From the NCBI RefSeq assembly GCF_006345805.1, contig NW_021831826.1, positions 275 through 64,274 on the forward strand: a DNA stretch of 64,000 nucleotides. Direction: 5' to 3'. The notes under the pieces were generated by a model that saw only the letters and a program-made list of their open reading frames with translations, did not search any database and was not told the origin of the DNA. The translations under genes and the position numbers were made by a program. Each line of letters begins with the position of its first letter. Positions within the stretch are counted from its first letter, which is position 1. Positions 39,668 to 57,454 of the stretch are shown here, piece by piece. The stretch comes from Octopus sinensis (taxonomy: Eukaryota).

Positions 39668-41128
39668 ATGTGGGCCAGAGTGATTAAATCGCCAAACTGG
39701 AAATACACAGGACTGGATAGGGTACTAGGTTATTGGCTGAAAATTTCCCCATCACTACACAGAAGAATAGTTAAGCAAATATATAAACTATCAACAACGG
39801 AGTACAAATCCCAAAGAGGCTGACCACATTAAAACAATTCTTTGCCAAAAGAATCCAACTAAGCAATACAGTGGATAATTGCCGCCGCCTATCACCTGTC
39901 TGCCCCTCATGTGGAAGTTGTTGAAAGGAATAAAATCTAATTAGGTGTATAATTTCCAGGAAATAAATTACAAAGAGCCAGTGGAACAGAAAGGGTACAG
40001 AAAGAGACAGTTACAGACTAATATGGTTTCAGAAAGGAAAATGAAACGGGAGACACAGTTTGTAAGCAACTGCACACGGTCAGGCATTCATAACTAACTA
40101 GATAAAAGCAAAATAGACATGATGCAACACTCACGGATAAGTAAATGTTTGAGTATATTCAGTATTGCAGACAATACCAGAGACTTAATTAGTTACAGCA
40201 ATAGTGCAAGAATCGGAAACAGGTGACACTGCCTTAGGAATGTTAATATCGGGCGAGGAATTCTCCAGGGAGACACGTTATCCCCATTAATATATGTGTT
40301 ATGCTTAACTGTCGTCAGTTTAGTACTAAGAAAGGCAAAAGCAGGGTATCAGTTCAGAGATGATAAAGGGAATATTAATCATTTGCTCAAGATGGACGAT
40401 TAGAAGCCTTTTGGTTCCTTAATACGAATTAGAAGACTCTGCAGCAAAGATATAGGCATGGAATTTGGCATAGATATGTGCGCAACATCAGTCATAAAAA
40501 AGGGACAGGTAGTCAGCAGTGAAGGCCAGATAGCAAGAGAGTAAAATCACTGAAGGAAGAGAATCATAAGTGCTTCGGAGTATTAGAATCTGACAGTGTA
40601 CTAACAATAGAAATAAAAACAAAAATAGATAAGGAGTACATCGGAAGGGTGAAGAAGCTAATGAAGGGAAAGCTAAGTTTTCTAAATCTAGTAAAATCTT
40701 TGGGAAGTATGGTTACTTCGGTTTTCAGCAGAATTTGTTGATTTGAAAAATCTGAATTACCAAAATCTAGACAGAAAACAAGGAAGGAATTCAATATGAA
40801 TGGAGGACTTCAGCCTCGATTAGGAAGAGCAACAATGCACTTACTTAGAATAAGGAAGTGGAAGAGTTTAATATAACCAGAAGGTAGCGTAGAGTTAGCC
40901 AGAGTTGATGTATATAATAGTGAAGAAAATCTATGATTTGCAAGAGTTATAGTAGCAGATAGGAAAGAAAACGCCATATGAAATTAAAACCAGAAAAATA
41001 AGGGGAAAACTGACATGAGAATGTTTTGCATGGTCGATTGGCAAAGATAGTTGCAGGAAATAGTAATATTGAGACATGGTTATGGTTGCTGAAAGGAATC
41101 TGAAAAGGGAGACAGAGTTTCTAAGCAA
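39668..41128 (+). mobile_element. Decayed R4/Dong-like RT remnant (U4)
   Basis: Paralog of the U1 remnant, with QGD at ~40266 and a KRETE end. Confidence 0.85.
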
Positions 41129-42485
41129 CATCTTGATAGTGAGTTCGGACTTATATTTCGGAGATATCTATGAAAATTAACATCCACATCATCTGATGTC
41201 ATACAATAATTATTGTAGATGTAGGTTTCAGGACTAATGAATGCCTATTACTGGATCATTTGCGCTATCAGCCCTGTCGTAAGCATGTGAGACAATGATA
41301 TTCCATTGTCTCACACCCTACCGTTTTAACAACGGAAAGAACACAACACACTTTGCGATGTAAGAAATCGACGGATGATCATAACCGAAACGCCTATGAT
41401 CATATTCTTGTCATCAGTGAACAACAAGCATTCTTTACAAGCAACTGAAATATATTCTGGGAAACGAGGAAAATTCGTCGGGTTGCATTTTAGTAACTCG
41501 AGAGATGAGGTCGTATCTTTGAGCAGATATGGCCATCCCAATAATCGATAAAAACAATGGTGTTTGTTTTAGAAAAGCGTCAAGTAGATAAGAATGGGTG
41601 TTGCCAGGACATATGAAAAATAAAATTTTGGTAATATAATAGAAGTCGAGGACACATGAAACCGTGGTTAAGGGTGCTACACACGATAACAAGCTCGTGA
41701 TTTCAAATACAGGACCGAGAGATGTATGGCGCGCAAGACACTTCATCTCATGCTACACAGCGACTATTTCAACACTTGACGTGTAGGAATGGTGACTAGC
41801 TGGAAAATAGTTTTATTTTCCGGATATTAAAGAATTTCAGCCAATCACATATATCAAGGGAAAATACTGCCACTCTCGTTTAAAAAAGAAAGGAGAATTA
41901 TTACAACAGGGTATTTCATTCAGTATGCTTATCGGATAGCACCTGGAACGTTGGACAAAATAGAATATTTAGATAGTGGATAAAATTGATTTAATTTCTG
42001 GTAAAAATCCAAACTGAAGTAATATTTGGAGCCGGCGTTATAAAGGTAAATAATTTTCTTACTTTTCTTTTAGATTTTACCTTTATATATACACACACAT
42101 ATATGATTTTATTTTTTCCCCTCTCTCTCTCATCTTTCTATAAATATGAGACTTAATAAATAACGTTGTTCCTGACGATCATTTATTGGGTCGGAGCATT
42201 TGGTTCCAAGCAACAATAACATAGCGGATCGGCAAAAGTGACCAATAAAATCACACAAAACATATATACATACACACACACACACACACACACACATTTA
42301 TATATATATATATATACATATATACGAGGGGCTTCTTTCAGTTTCTGTTTACCAAATCACTCACAGGGCTTTGTCGACCCGAGGCTATAGTAAAAGACAC
42401 TTGCCTAAAGTGCAACGCTGTGGGACTGAACCAGGAACCATGTGATTGGTAAACAGGCTACTTACCACACAGACACTCCAAAGCC

Positions 42486-42643
<158 letters not shown>

Positions 42644-44426
42644 CAAACGTACATAATGCACACATTCACATGCACAAACATGCACAGGTACACTTACAAA
42701 CACATGAAAGGCAAAGGGGACTTCGGTGGGAAAGGAACTCAGAACGAATAGCCTACCGACAGAAACGCTGAAAAGCAATTTGTAAATTTGTGTACAGGCA
42801 TTGTGTACAGGCATTGCCGACTATTTTGCTTGGATATTCTTGTTTAATATTATATTTTTAATTTAAGCTCTATACTTTTAACGTACAACTTATTTTTTCA
42901 TTCGAAAGTCCTGCGGGGATGGGAAGGTGACGAAGCATTCAGATCTGAGGTGGTGGAAGCATGTATTTAGTGGTATACAAGTGTCCTATGTGTTTTTTGG
43001 TTCATGTGTAGTACTTAGCATTGAATTCAGGGAAAACCCTGCTCACCTAGAGACCGAGACAATGCTATATAACTAAATGGATGGGAAGATGACAACTGGA
43101 TGTCCTCTGATCATAGCTTTACTCAATCAGGAAACATTGGCTTGTGACGCAGATATGTTTATATGTTTTCCATCAAACACCTGGAAATAGCTGCGAAATC
43201 TCTTTCCAATCACACCTCTTATTTTACACAATGGAGGACATGGTTGCCAATGTTTGAATAAAAAATTAGTTGGTTATAGTTGGAATGCCTTTGTGCAAAA
43301 TTACGATCAGTCAGGGCAAACAACAACGTCGACAACAACACCCTAAGTAAAACACACACAAAAAAAAACAAAAAAATATGTACCTAAAATTGGCCTCGTT
43401 CTCAGGCTGTATCACCACATCAAACAACGCAATTTTCTGCGTCAGACTTCTATCATTACATTATACAACGCCATATCGTTAGCTGACAAGAGACATCTCT
43501 TAGGAGTAACGCTCAGATCTTTTTCGGGATCCATGATATTCAATGGGTGTTGCTTCAGGAAACGCCTAGTAAATAAGAAGGATTTCTGGCATGCTGTCAC
43601 GCCTACATATGTCATGTACCATGTTCAATAATATAATTGGTGTCCACGCTGCTAATGGTGCTGAATTCACGATAGCGAGATCTCGGTTTCAATTCTCGTA
43701 AAGGGACTTGTATTGCGTTCTTAAGCAAAACACCTCATCTCATATTACTTTGCGTCGTGTAGGAATGGTGAATTTCTGGAAATTCCGGATATTAAGTTCA
43801 GCGAATCCATACATCGACAGAAAATACTGACACTGCCGTTAAAAACCCCACACATAACGGGTTATAACAAATGTGTACTTCGGTCAGTATTCTTATCCGA
43901 TACAAGTCGCAAAATGATACAATAAACTCTCATGAGGTAATAGAATATTCAGATAAGTGGATAAACCTTGTCTAATTTGTGTAAAAAATTAAAACTGAAG
44001 TCATATTTGGAGCCGGCATTATCGAGGTGAATCAATTTTTGCTACTTTCCTGTTAAGATTTAAAATTAATATTTGTACACACACATATCTACGCTGGCGA
44101 AAGTAAATCTAAGACCGATGATAATAGTCCTACTTCTCACAAAATATTTTGTTACTAAGACCATACAAATTACCTCTATCTTTTACAACTTATGCAGAAT
44201 TCATTTCTCTTTCGAATGATGCAGACAATAACTATTTTTATACAACTTGAAGAATGCATGAAAGTACTTGTTCAATCAGAGTGGATATTTGATATTCTAT
44301 CGCTTCATTATGTTATCTTATCTTATCATATATATTATATAAGATTGTAAATAAATCATAAAATCAAAGTTGGAATTTCTTTCAGTAATATATTCTTCTA
44401 TACACAATCATACACACCTGTGTATA

Positions 44427-44467
<41 letters not shown>

Positions 44468-44682
44468 GGTAAAAGAAAACGCAATAGTGGCCAATAAATG
44501 ATTCGGACAGATAGACAATAGAAAGCGGACAGGAGAAAAACGATTAGAAGGACAGGCAAAATAGACGGCTCATTCGTGGCTTTCTTTCCTCAGTCAAGTC
44601 CCACAAGACACGACCAACTCGGGCAGTTACACTTGAGACGGTTCGATCTGTTTGCCCCCACTAAAAGTCTCTCTCTCTCCAC

Positions 44683-44763
<81 letters not shown>

Positions 44764-45294
44764 TCTGTGTGTGTGTGCGTGTGTGTGTGTGTGTTTTGTA
44801 TGTGCGTGTATTCATTCGTCTTTTTCCTCCTCTCACCAATAAGGGGTTCACACCCGCCACCGACCTGCGCTACCCACCCCGTCTACTTCAGCTTGTCCGA
44901 ATTTTTCATGCAACCATCAACTTATATTTGTGAAAACGAGACATTTGCGTCGTTGAAAGTAAGCTTCACAAGTATCATAGCACTTGCAGACAATCACTAA
45001 AACAAGGAGCCACACCAAGTGGGAAATTCCGTTTTAACCAGGGATATATGTACAATTGATCCGAGTATAAATTATTTGATAAACAATCCACTTGACAAAC
45101 AGTAATTAAGTACACTTTCAATGTAATTTTTAATACGGAATAAGCGGGATAAGAAGAAATAGGTGTAGCAGAGAGTCGCTGAGGAGATCACAGTATGTGA
45201 GACGGAAGAATTTATACTAATAGTAATAATAATAATAATGATAAATATAATAATAATAATAATAATAATAACAACAACTACAACAATAATAACA

Positions 45295-46410
<1,116 letters not shown>

Positions 46411-46554
46411 GTGTAGGAGAAATAAAACAAAACACAGCATTACTAACTAATGGTTTTAACAATTGTTTTAACAAATTATAAAGTGAACGGCTTGGATAGT
46501 GTTTCATCTTTATGCGTGTTTCCTTGGATTGAGTCTGTGTAGGGGGGCATGTTT

Positions 46555-47275
46555 AGGCGCGGCTGTGTGGTAAGACGCTTGCTTCCAGACCTGGTTTCGG
46601 GTTCAGTTCCACTGCGTGGCACACTGCGCACATGTCTTCTCCTGTGGCCATTGGACTCTTCATAAGTGGACTTAGTAGATGGAAACTGAAAGAAGCCCAT
46701 CGTGACTATTCTTTTACTTGTTTCAGTCATTTGACTGCGGCCATGTTGGAGCTCCGCCTTTAGTCGAACAAATCGACCCTAGGACTTAACCTTTGTAATC
46801 CTAGTACTTATTCTATCAGTTTATTTTCCAGAACCGCTATGTTACAGGGACGTAAGCACACCAACATCGGTTGTCAAATGATGGTGGAGGGACAAATATA
46901 GACACACAACAAATACACACACACACATACGACGGGCTTATTTGAGTTTCCATCTATGAAATCCACTCACAAGACTATGGTCGGCCCTTGGCTATAGTAG
47001 AATACACTCAGCCAAAATGTCTCGCAACGGGACTGAACACGGAACCATGTGTTTCATACTCTACGGCCACTTCTATGTCTATATATGTCTGTCTGTATGT
47101 ATCAGTGTGTGTGTCTTTGTGTCAGTGTTTGTCCCACCGCTTGATGACCTGTGTTTGTGTGTTTACGTTCCGGTAACTTAGCGGTTCACCAATATACTCC
47201 AATAAAAAAGTACAAGGCTTAAAAAATGAAGTACAGAGGTCAATTAGTTCGACTCAAAACTTCTCAAACCAGTGC
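46555..47275. mobile_element. Nested SINE-A pair, U5
   Basis: Same arrangement as 48-750. Confidence 0.78.
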
Positions 47276-47648
47276 CATCTCTATATATAACACATAATCC
47301 TTTCCGAGCCATGTTCGTTAAAGGAATTGTTCGTTACACGAGAAATTGAAATACGTACAAATAGAAGAAATCCGTTCATGCCACTCCCCAAAGCCACCAA
47401 AAGTATATATTATACCTTAGCGTTGATACAATAGAAAATCATGTAAAGGTCGTATGTAGTGTGACTGCTCAGTTTGGTTTACCACTAAACACCGGCTTGA
47501 ACAGAAAAATGTGGTGCAGAAATTGGGTATCATGGTTTTAAGGTGTGGTTGATCATTGAGCGGAGGGACATAAATTATAACAGATTAGGAGCAAGAAAAA
47601 CATTTAGCCTTTTTCAAGAACATTCATTTTATAATTTATAATATAAGT

Positions 47649-47691
<43 letters not shown>

Positions 47692-48606
47692 TGAGTTTTT
47701 GTGTCTATGTTTGTTCACCACCATCGCTTTACAACCGATGTTGGTGAGTTTACGTCCATGTAGATTAGTGTTTCAGCAAAGGAGACTCATAGAATAAGTA
47801 CAAGTCTTATAAATAATAAGTTCGGTGAAAAAGGCATTGCTCCAGCATGGCTGCAGTGAAATGGCTGAAACAAATAAAAGAACTGTGCAGAGTGGTTACA
47901 AATATGCACAAAAAAAGGAAATGCAGAAATGCATAATATCCTTAATCGAGGATATTATTCGTTCCCAGTCTTTTGGGAAACCATGGAGTTCTCACATAAA
48001 TGTGTTCTGGTATTTTCGTGATCGAAGAGTTAGTAAAGTTTCCAGGAAAGTCCCTGGCAAAGGATAATGGAAGTTATCAGTTGCATCTTTGAATAGAAAG
48101 TGAATCAGATTTGGAAGGCCTTGGAAGAGTCTATTATTGGCGAATGAGAAATATATGAGAGTATATAGAGATTAGTCTATATAGTGAAGGGGTGTTTGAC
48201 TTGGGGTTTAAAGGATGAATGTATACGCACACATACATACAGAGAGACATACACATACACACACACGCACTACATATGCAAACACACACACACACACACA
48301 GACACATATGCAGTGGCATATTCCTATTGATATACACACAGTCAGATACACACACTTACGCGGCCATACGTACACATCCATACGTATGAGTTTAGAAATG
48401 GACAGATAAATGTCTGTTTGTACGCACAGACACACCCTCATACAAATTCTCGCATAGTCATCGTAGATAATTATAGAGAGTTAAATTTAATTAAGTTATT
48501 AGAGGAGAGAGAGAGAAAGAGAGAGAGGAGAGTATTGTTTAGTAATTAAGGACGAGTAAAAGCAGATGTATAAACACCTGTCGCCTCATTGTATATTTGA
48601 CTACCA

Positions 48607-50312
48607 ATGTGGGCCAGAGTGATTAAATCGCCAAACTGGAAATACCCAGGACCGGATAGCGTACAAGGTTATTGGCTGAAAATTTCCCCAGCAGTACACA
48701 GAAGAATAGCCAAGCAAATATATAAAATGATCAACAACGTGGTACAAATCCCAAAGAGGCTGACCACAAGTAAAACAATTCTTTGCCAAAATAATCCCAA
48801 CAAAGCAATGCAGTGGATAATCACCGGCCTATCACCTGTCTGCCCCATGTGGAAGCTGATGACAGGAATAATATCTAATTAGGTGTATGATTTCCTGGAA
48901 ATAAATTACAAAGCACCAGTGGAACAGAAAGGGTACAGAAATATCCCAAGGGACACTTACAGACAAATATGGTTTCAGAACGAAAAATGAAAAGGGAGAA
49001 ATTGTCTGTAAGCAACTGCACACGATCAGGCATTCATAACTAACTACATAAAGCCAAAATAGACAAAAACCAGGCAAATTCCCAATGTAGAGACTTTTAA
49101 CATGAATTCACACAGAAAACATTTAGAATCAACTGGACAACCAGAATTTGCTACCAGAAGAACTGAAATGTTTGCAGAAAGAAGGCTAGAGGAACGCACG
49201 ATCTATTACACTCAGTGAAAGCAGTTCTAAAATAAAGAATGCAAACTTCAACAGTATAAAAATCATATGGCATGATTCAACACTCACGGATAAGTGAATA
49301 TTTGAGTATATTCAGTGTTGCAGACAACACAAGAGACTTAATTAGTTACAGCTATAGTGCAAAGAATTGGAAATTATATCTCTACTCAGGTGACACTGTC
49401 TTAGGAAAAGTTAATATCAGGTGAGGAATTCTCCAGGGAGACCCGTTATCTCCATTAATATTTGTGTTATGCTTAGCTGTCGTCAATTCAGTACTAAGAA
49501 ATGCAAAGTCAGGGTATCAGTTTAGAGATGTTAAAAGAAATATTAATCATTTGCTCAAGATGGACGATTAGAATCTTTTTGGTTCCTTAATAGGAATTGT
49601 AAGGCGCTTAAGAAAAGATATAGGCATGGAATTTGCCATAGATATGTGCGCATCATAAATCATAAAAAGGGGACAGGGAGTCAGCAGTGAAGGCCAGATA
49701 GCAGAAGTAAAAATCACTGAGGCAGAGAATCATAAGTGCTTCGGAGTATTAGAATCTGAGAGTGTACTAACAATGGAAATGAAAACAAAAATAGCTAAGG
49801 AGTACATCGGAAGGTTAAAGAAGCTAATGAAGGGAAAGCGAAGGGTTCTAAATCTAGTAAAGGTTGTAAAAACTTTGGGAAGTGTCGTTACTTCGGTATT
49901 CAGCAGAATTTGTTGATTGGAAAAGATCTGAATTAGCAAATCTAGACTGAAGAACTAGGAAGGAATTCAATATGAATACAGGACTTCAGCCTCGATTAGG
50001 AAGAGCAAGATTGCACTTACTTAGAATAACGAAGGTGGAAGCGGTTTAATATCAGCAGAAAGTAGGGTAGAGTTAGCTAGAGTTGATATATATAATAATG
50101 AATAAAATTTATGAGTTGCAAGAGTTACAGTAAGAGATAGGAAAGGAAAAAGCCAAATGAAATTAAAACAATAAAAAAAGTAGGAAGATAATCTAACTGA
50201 CAAGAGAATGTATGGCAATGTCGATGGCAAAGATAGTTGCAGAAATAGTAATAGTGAGACTTGGTTATGGTTGCTGAAAGGAAGCTGAAGAGGGAGACAG
50301 AGTTTCTAAGCA
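48607..50312 (+). mobile_element. Decayed R4/Dong-like RT remnant, longest version (U5)
   Basis: Includes NLLPEELK..RKKARGTHDLL (~49145-49215), QGD (~49433) and MDD (~49560). Confidence 0.88.
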
Positions 50313-52146
50313 AAAATTAATTGTAAGGTCGGACTTATATTTCGGAGAGATCTATGAAAATTAACATCCACATCATGTGATGTATTACATAATGATTGCA
50401 GGTGTAGGTTTCAGGACTAATGATTGTCCATTACCTGACGTTTGCGCTATCAGCCCTATCGTAAGCATTTGAGACAATGATATTCCATTGTCCCACACCC
50501 TACCGTCTTAACCACGGAAAGAACACAACACACATTGCGATGTAAGTAAATCAACGGCATGATCATGGCCGAAACGCCTCTGATCATAGTCTTGTCATCA
50601 TTGAACAACAAGCATTCTTTACAAATAACTGAAATATATTCAGCGAAACGAGGAAAATTGGCCGGGTTTCCATTTTAGTAACTAGAGCGATGAGGTCATA
50701 TTTTTGAGCAGATATCGCCATCCCAATAATCGGTAAAAACAATGGCGTTTGTTTTAGAAAAGCGACAAGTAGATAAGAATATTCTGTGGGTGTTGTCAGG
50801 ACATATGAAAAATGAAGTTTTGGTAATATAATAGAAGTCGAGGACATGAAATCGTGATTAAGGTCGTGATTTCAGATCCTGGACGAGTGGTGTTTTGTGC
50901 GCAGAACAATTCATCTTATGTTGCACAGCGACCATTTCAACACTCGACGTGTAGGAATGGTGACTAGCTGGAAAATGGATTTATTTTCCGGATATTAAAG
51001 AATTTCAGCCATCACATACATCAAGAAAAATACTGCCACTCTCGTTTTAAAAATAATTAGAGAATTATTACAACAGGGTATTTCATTCAGTATGCTTTTC
51101 GGATAGCACCTGGAAGGTTGAGACAAAAAACTTATATGAGGCAATAGAATATTCCGATAAGTGGATAAAACATTAATTTCTGTCAAAAATTCAAACCGAA
51201 GTCATATTTGGGGCCGGCTCTATAAAGGTAAATCAATTTTTTGTTACTTTTCTTTTAAGATTTAACATTTGTATCTACACACACATGTATATATGATTTA
51301 TTTTTCCCCTCTCTCTCTATCTTTCTATAACTATGCAAATTAATACAATTAAGTTGTTTCCTGACGATCATTTGTCGGTGAGATTTTGGTTCCAAGCAAC
51401 CATAACGTTGTTACATGCACTTCAGAATTATTATTCAAACATTTCTTTGTCCTGTTCATCTATATATAGACTTCTACATAAACACATATGCATAGGCGTG
51501 GCTGTGTGTAAGAAACATGCTTCACAAGCAGATAGTTCCAGGTTCAGTTTCACTGCATGGCAATTTGGGAAAGTGTCTTCTACTATAACCTCAGACCGAC
51601 CAAAGCCTTACGAGTGGATTTGGTAGACGGAAACCGAAAGAAGTGCGTTCTATATGTATCTATATATATTGAAGCATATATGTGTTTGTGTGTGTGTGTG
51701 TGAGTTTGTTTGTTTTGTATGTGTGTTTCTGTCTTTGCGACTATGTTTTGTTGCCCATTCATATCTTGACAGCAAGTTTTTTAAGGCCCTCCTTAACATT
51801 GCGGTTCGGCAAAAGCGGCCAATAAAATAAGTACTTGGCTACAAAGATAAGCTCTGATGTCAATTTATTGGGCTTAAAGGCTTTTGATATGGTGCTCCAG
51901 CATGACCGTGGGCAAATGACTTCAACACGTAAAGGAATTTAAGAATAAAATACACCTTTATATGTGTGTGTGCGCATGCGTGTGTGTTATATATAAATGC
52001 GTATGAATATATAAATATGTACTTATATACCTATATATATATATGTGTGTGTGTGTCTGTGTGTGAGTGTTTTGCCTCGTACACATGTGCATGATTTCCA
52101 ACACACATGTAGACACACGCTCACATATACATTCATATATATATAT

Positions 52147-52188
<42 letters not shown>

Positions 52189-53553
52189 TATACAATAATT
52201 TTTATATATATATATATACATATATATATTTATATATATATATACGTATATTATAATTATATATATATTAATATATATATTTATATATATATATATATAT
52301 TCCAAACGAAAAACATACACACACTCATATGCGCACACATTCATACACACACACATATTTGTGCGTGTTTGTTTATGTATATATATCCTCATGCATCTTT
52401 ATATAACCATACATGATTACGTATGACCCCGCGTAGAAATTCTTCGTCCTAAAGTCCTAGATTGCCGCCTATAAAGTGGTTTCTGGGTTAGGTAGATTGC
52501 CAGTGGTTGTGTTTTGTGGGGGAATTGGACAGTCGACTAATTGGACTTCAGCACCTCTGAGAAATGAAAGGCAAATGGTAGTTCAACAGGAAAGGAAATC
52601 AGAATGCGAATAGATAAATCGAGTTTTGTTATTTTTCTTTTAAGATTTAACATTTATATATACACACACATATATATGATTTATTTTTCCATCTCTCTCT
52701 ATCTTTCTATAACTATGCAACTTATAGAATAACGTTGTTCCTGACAGTCATTTGTCGGTGAGCATTTGTTCCAAGCACCATAACGTTGTTACACCGCACG
52801 TAAGAAATATTAGTTAAACATTTGATTGTCCTCTTCATCCTGTTTATAGACGTCTACATAAACACACATGCATAGGCGTGGCTATGTGGCAAGAAGCTTG
52901 CTCCGCAAGCACATAGATCCAGGTTTCGTTTCCCTGCTTGGCACCTGGGAAAGTGTCTTCTACTACTAACCTCGGGCCGAGCAAAAGACTTGTGAGTGGG
53001 TTTAGTAGACGGACCCGAAGGAAATCCGTTATATATATATTATATATATACATATGTGTGTGTGAGTGTGTCTGTGAGTGTATGTGTGGTGCGCGCGCGT
53101 GGTGTGTGTGTGGGTGTTTACCTGTGTGCGTGTGTGTCTGTGTGACTATGTTTGCTACCCGTTCACAGCTTGAGAGCAGTTCTTTTACTCCCGCCTTAAC
53201 ATAGTTGTTCGGCAAAAGCGTTCAAAAAAATATGTACCAGGCTTACAAAAACTAAGCCCAACTGTAAATTTCTTCGGCTCTTCGGCTTAAACGCTTTTCA
53301 GGTGGTACTCCAGCAAGGCCGCAGTCAAATGACTTAAACAAGTAAAAGAATAAAGAAGAGAATACACTATTTTTATATGTGTGTTAATCTCTGAATGCGT
53401 ATGAGTATTTTTATATATATATATATACAATATTGTGATCGTGTGCGTGTGTGTGTATGTGCATGTGTGTGTGTATGTTAAAAGCCGAACACTTGTGCAT
53501 GTACTCCACACACAGATGCACATAGACGCCCACATATACAATAATATATATAC

Positions 53554-53609
<56 letters not shown>

Positions 53610-53664
53610 ATACGCGAACGTACTCAGACAATCTAAAGTTTTTTGTGTATATCGAATAATAATA

Positions 53665-54350
53665 AATTGGTATGCGGATGCTCAAGTGAACAACTTAGGG
53701 ATTAGTACAGTCTTTAACCTCTAGTACCTGCATCTGCTGTGTGACTCCTGTGGCAAGTTACACAGGGTGAACTGGACGTCCCTAACATTCGAGGCTATGT
53801 TTTATTGAGATACCCATGTACATGAAGGTTACAATATACTAAACACATGCAGAGTAAACCACGTAGAACATCACTTTCATTCTTCTTCTTAGTAGCAGAA
53901 TAATTCAATCCTAGATGTCATTTAATAAATTGATGCTTCATCTTGATAGTAAGGTCGGACTTATATTTCGGAAAGATCTATAAAATTAACATCCACATCA
54001 TGTGATGTATTAGAATAATGATTGTCGGTGTAGGTTTCAGGACTAGTGAATGTCCATTACTTGAACATTTGCGCTATCAGCCCTATCGTAAGCATTTGAG
54101 ACAATGATATTCAATTGTCTCACACCCTACCGATTTAACACCAAGGAAAGAACACAACACATATTGTGAGTAAGTAAATCGACGGGATGATCATGACCGA
54201 AACGCCTCTGATCATGAGCCTTGTCATCAGTGAACAACAAGCATAATTTACAACCAACTGAAATATATTCTGGGAAAGGAGGGAAATTCGTCGGGTTTGC
54301 ATTTTAGTAACTAGAGAAATGAGATATCGCCATCCCAATAATCGATCAAA
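53665..54350 (+). mobile_element. Decayed Penelope-like GIY-YIG remnant, U5
   Basis: CDSCGK / YTG*TGRP motif at ~53740-53785. Confidence 0.58.
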
Positions 54351-54596
54351 AACTTATATGAGGCCATAGAATATTCAGATAATGGAGAAAACTTATTTAA
54401 TTTCTGACGATAATTGGTCGGTGAGCATTTGGTTCCAAGCAACCATAACACCCCCCCCCTTAACATAGCGGATCGGCAAAAGTGACCAATAAAATAACAC
54501 ATAGAAACATATAGACACACACACGCACATATATATACATATATACGACGGGCTTCTTTAAGTTTCTGTCTACCAAATCACTCACAGGGCTTTACG

Positions 54597-54643
<47 letters not shown>

Positions 54644-56678
54644 CAACGTACATATTTGCACACATTCACATTCACATACACACACAGGTACACTTACACC
54701 ACCACACATACCGCACATATATTTGTTCGTGTTTGTGTATGTATATATATCCCGATGCATTTTTTAGATAACCATACATGATTACATATAACACCGCGTA
54801 GCAATTCTTGTCCTGAAATCCTAGATTGCCGCTCATATAATGTTTACTCTGGCTTAGGTAGAATGCCAGTGGTTGTTGTTTTGTGGGGAAGTGGTCAGTC
54901 GACTAATTGGACTTCAGCTCCTCTGAGAAATGAAATGCAAAGGGACTTCGGCGGAAAGGAACTCAGAACGCGAATAGCCGACAGAAGCGCTGCAAAGCAA
55001 TTTGTAAATTTGTGTTCAGGCATTGTGTACAGGCATTGCCGACTTTTTGCTTGGATATTCTTGTTTAATATTATCTTTTTAATTTAAGCTCTATACTTTT
55101 TAACTGTACAACTTTTTTTTCATTCGAAAGTCCTGCGGGTATGGGAAGATTGCGAAGCATTCAGATCTGAGGTGGTGGAAGCATGTAATTAGTGGTCTAC
55201 ACACAAGTGTCCTCTGGGTTTTTGGTTTGCATGTGTGCTGAAGCAGTTGAATTCATGGAAATCCTGCTCACCTAGAGACCGGAGACAATGCTATAATACT
55301 AATGGTTGTGAAGATGACGACTGGATGTCCTCTGACTGCTACACTTTACTCAATCAGAAACATTGGCTTGTGACGCAGATATGTTTACAATGTTTTCCAT
55401 CAAACACCTGGAGATACCTGCTAAATCTCTTTCCAATCACCACTCTTATTTTAGACAATGGAGGACATGGTTGCTAATGTTTGAATAAAAATAATTAGTA
55501 GGTATAATTGGATGCCTTTGTGCAAAATTACGATCAGTCAGGGCAAACAACAACGTCGACAACAACACCCTAAGTAAAACACAAAAAAAAACAAACAAAG
55601 ATATGTCCTAAAATTGGCCTCGTTCTCAGACTGTATCACCACATCAAACACGCAATTTTCTGCGTCAGACTTTCTATCATTACATGATACAACGCCATAT
55701 CGTTACTGACAAGAGACATCACTTAGGAGTAACGCTCAGATTTTTCTCGGATCCATGTAAATTCAGTGGTGTTGCTTCGGGAAACGCCTAGTAATAAGAA
55801 GGATTCTGGGATGCTGTCCCACCTATGTCATATAACATGTTAAATAATATAATTGGTGTCCAAGGCGAATGACCACGCTGTTAACGGTGTTACATTCGCG
55901 ATAGCGAGATCGCGGTTTCAATTCCGTAAAGGGAATTGTATTGCGTTCTTAAGCAAATCACCTCATCTTATATTACTTTGCGTCGTGTAGAATTGTGAAT
56001 TTCTTAAAATGGATTTATTTTCCGGATATTAAAGTACAGCGAATAACATACATCGACAGAAAATACTGATACTGCCGTTAAAAAAACACATAACGGGTTA
56101 TAACAATGTGTACTCTTCGGTCAGTATTATTATCCGATACAGGCCGCAAAATGAGACAATAAACTTTCATGAGGTAATAGAATATTCAGATAAGTGGATA
56201 AACCTTTTCTAATTTCTGTAAAAAATTAATACTGAAGTCATAGTTGAAACCGGCACTGTAAATGTAAATCAATATTTGCTACTTTCCTGTAAATATTTAA
56301 AATTGATATTATACACACACATATCTACACTGGCGAGATTAAATTTAAGACCGATGATAATAATCCTATTTCTAACAAAATATTTTGTTACTAACACCAT
56401 ACAAATTATTTCTATGTTTTACACTTTATGGAGACTTTATTTCTCTTTCGAATGATGCAGACAATGACTATTTTTATACAACTTGAAGAATGCATGAAAG
56501 TACTAGTTCAATCAGAGTGGATATTTGATATTCTATCGCTTCATTATGTTATCTTATCTTATCATATATTATTATAGGATTGTAAATAAATCATGAAACT
56601 CAAAGTTGGAATTTCTTTCAGTAATATATTCTCCTATACACAATCATACATACCTGTGTATAAGTGCATATATATTAT

Positions 56679-56738
<60 letters not shown>

Positions 56739-57089
56739 GTATATATATATGATATATAAGGATATTATTGCTTACATATTATCAAGTGGCAAGCATGCGT
56801 AAAAAAATGCCATAAGGTAACGCATCATTAATTAATGATTAAAGTTCCTACAAGCAGCACCAGCACACTAAAAATAGCATTACGAAGAGAGAGAGAGAGA
56901 GAGAGAGTAGAGAGAAAGTCAGAAAGGAGAAAAAGAGAGAGAAAATGAAAGTGTGGAACAGAGAGAGAGGGAAAGAAAAAAGAAAGAAAGAGAGAAAGAG
57001 AGAGAGAGAGACAATTCGAAAAATAATTAGACAGATAAACAAACAGAAACTTCAATACATAGATTGAAACACACACACACACACACATA

Positions 57090-57126
<37 letters not shown>

Positions 57127-57263
57127 ACACACACACACACACACATACATACTTATATAAATGGTAAAAAAATAACGCTCTCTTTCCTCAGTCAAGTCCC
57201 ACAAGTCACGACCATCTCGGGCAGTAACACTTGGGAAGGTTCGATCTGGTTGCCCCCCACTAA

Positions 57264-57334
<71 letters not shown>

Positions 57335-57423
57335 ACATATTCATCTTTTATCCTTACATTTCCACGTGTATTTTATATTTTCTTTCTTTAACATATTTTA
57401 ACATATTTCTACTATGCTTATAT

Positions 57424-57454
<31 letters not shown>
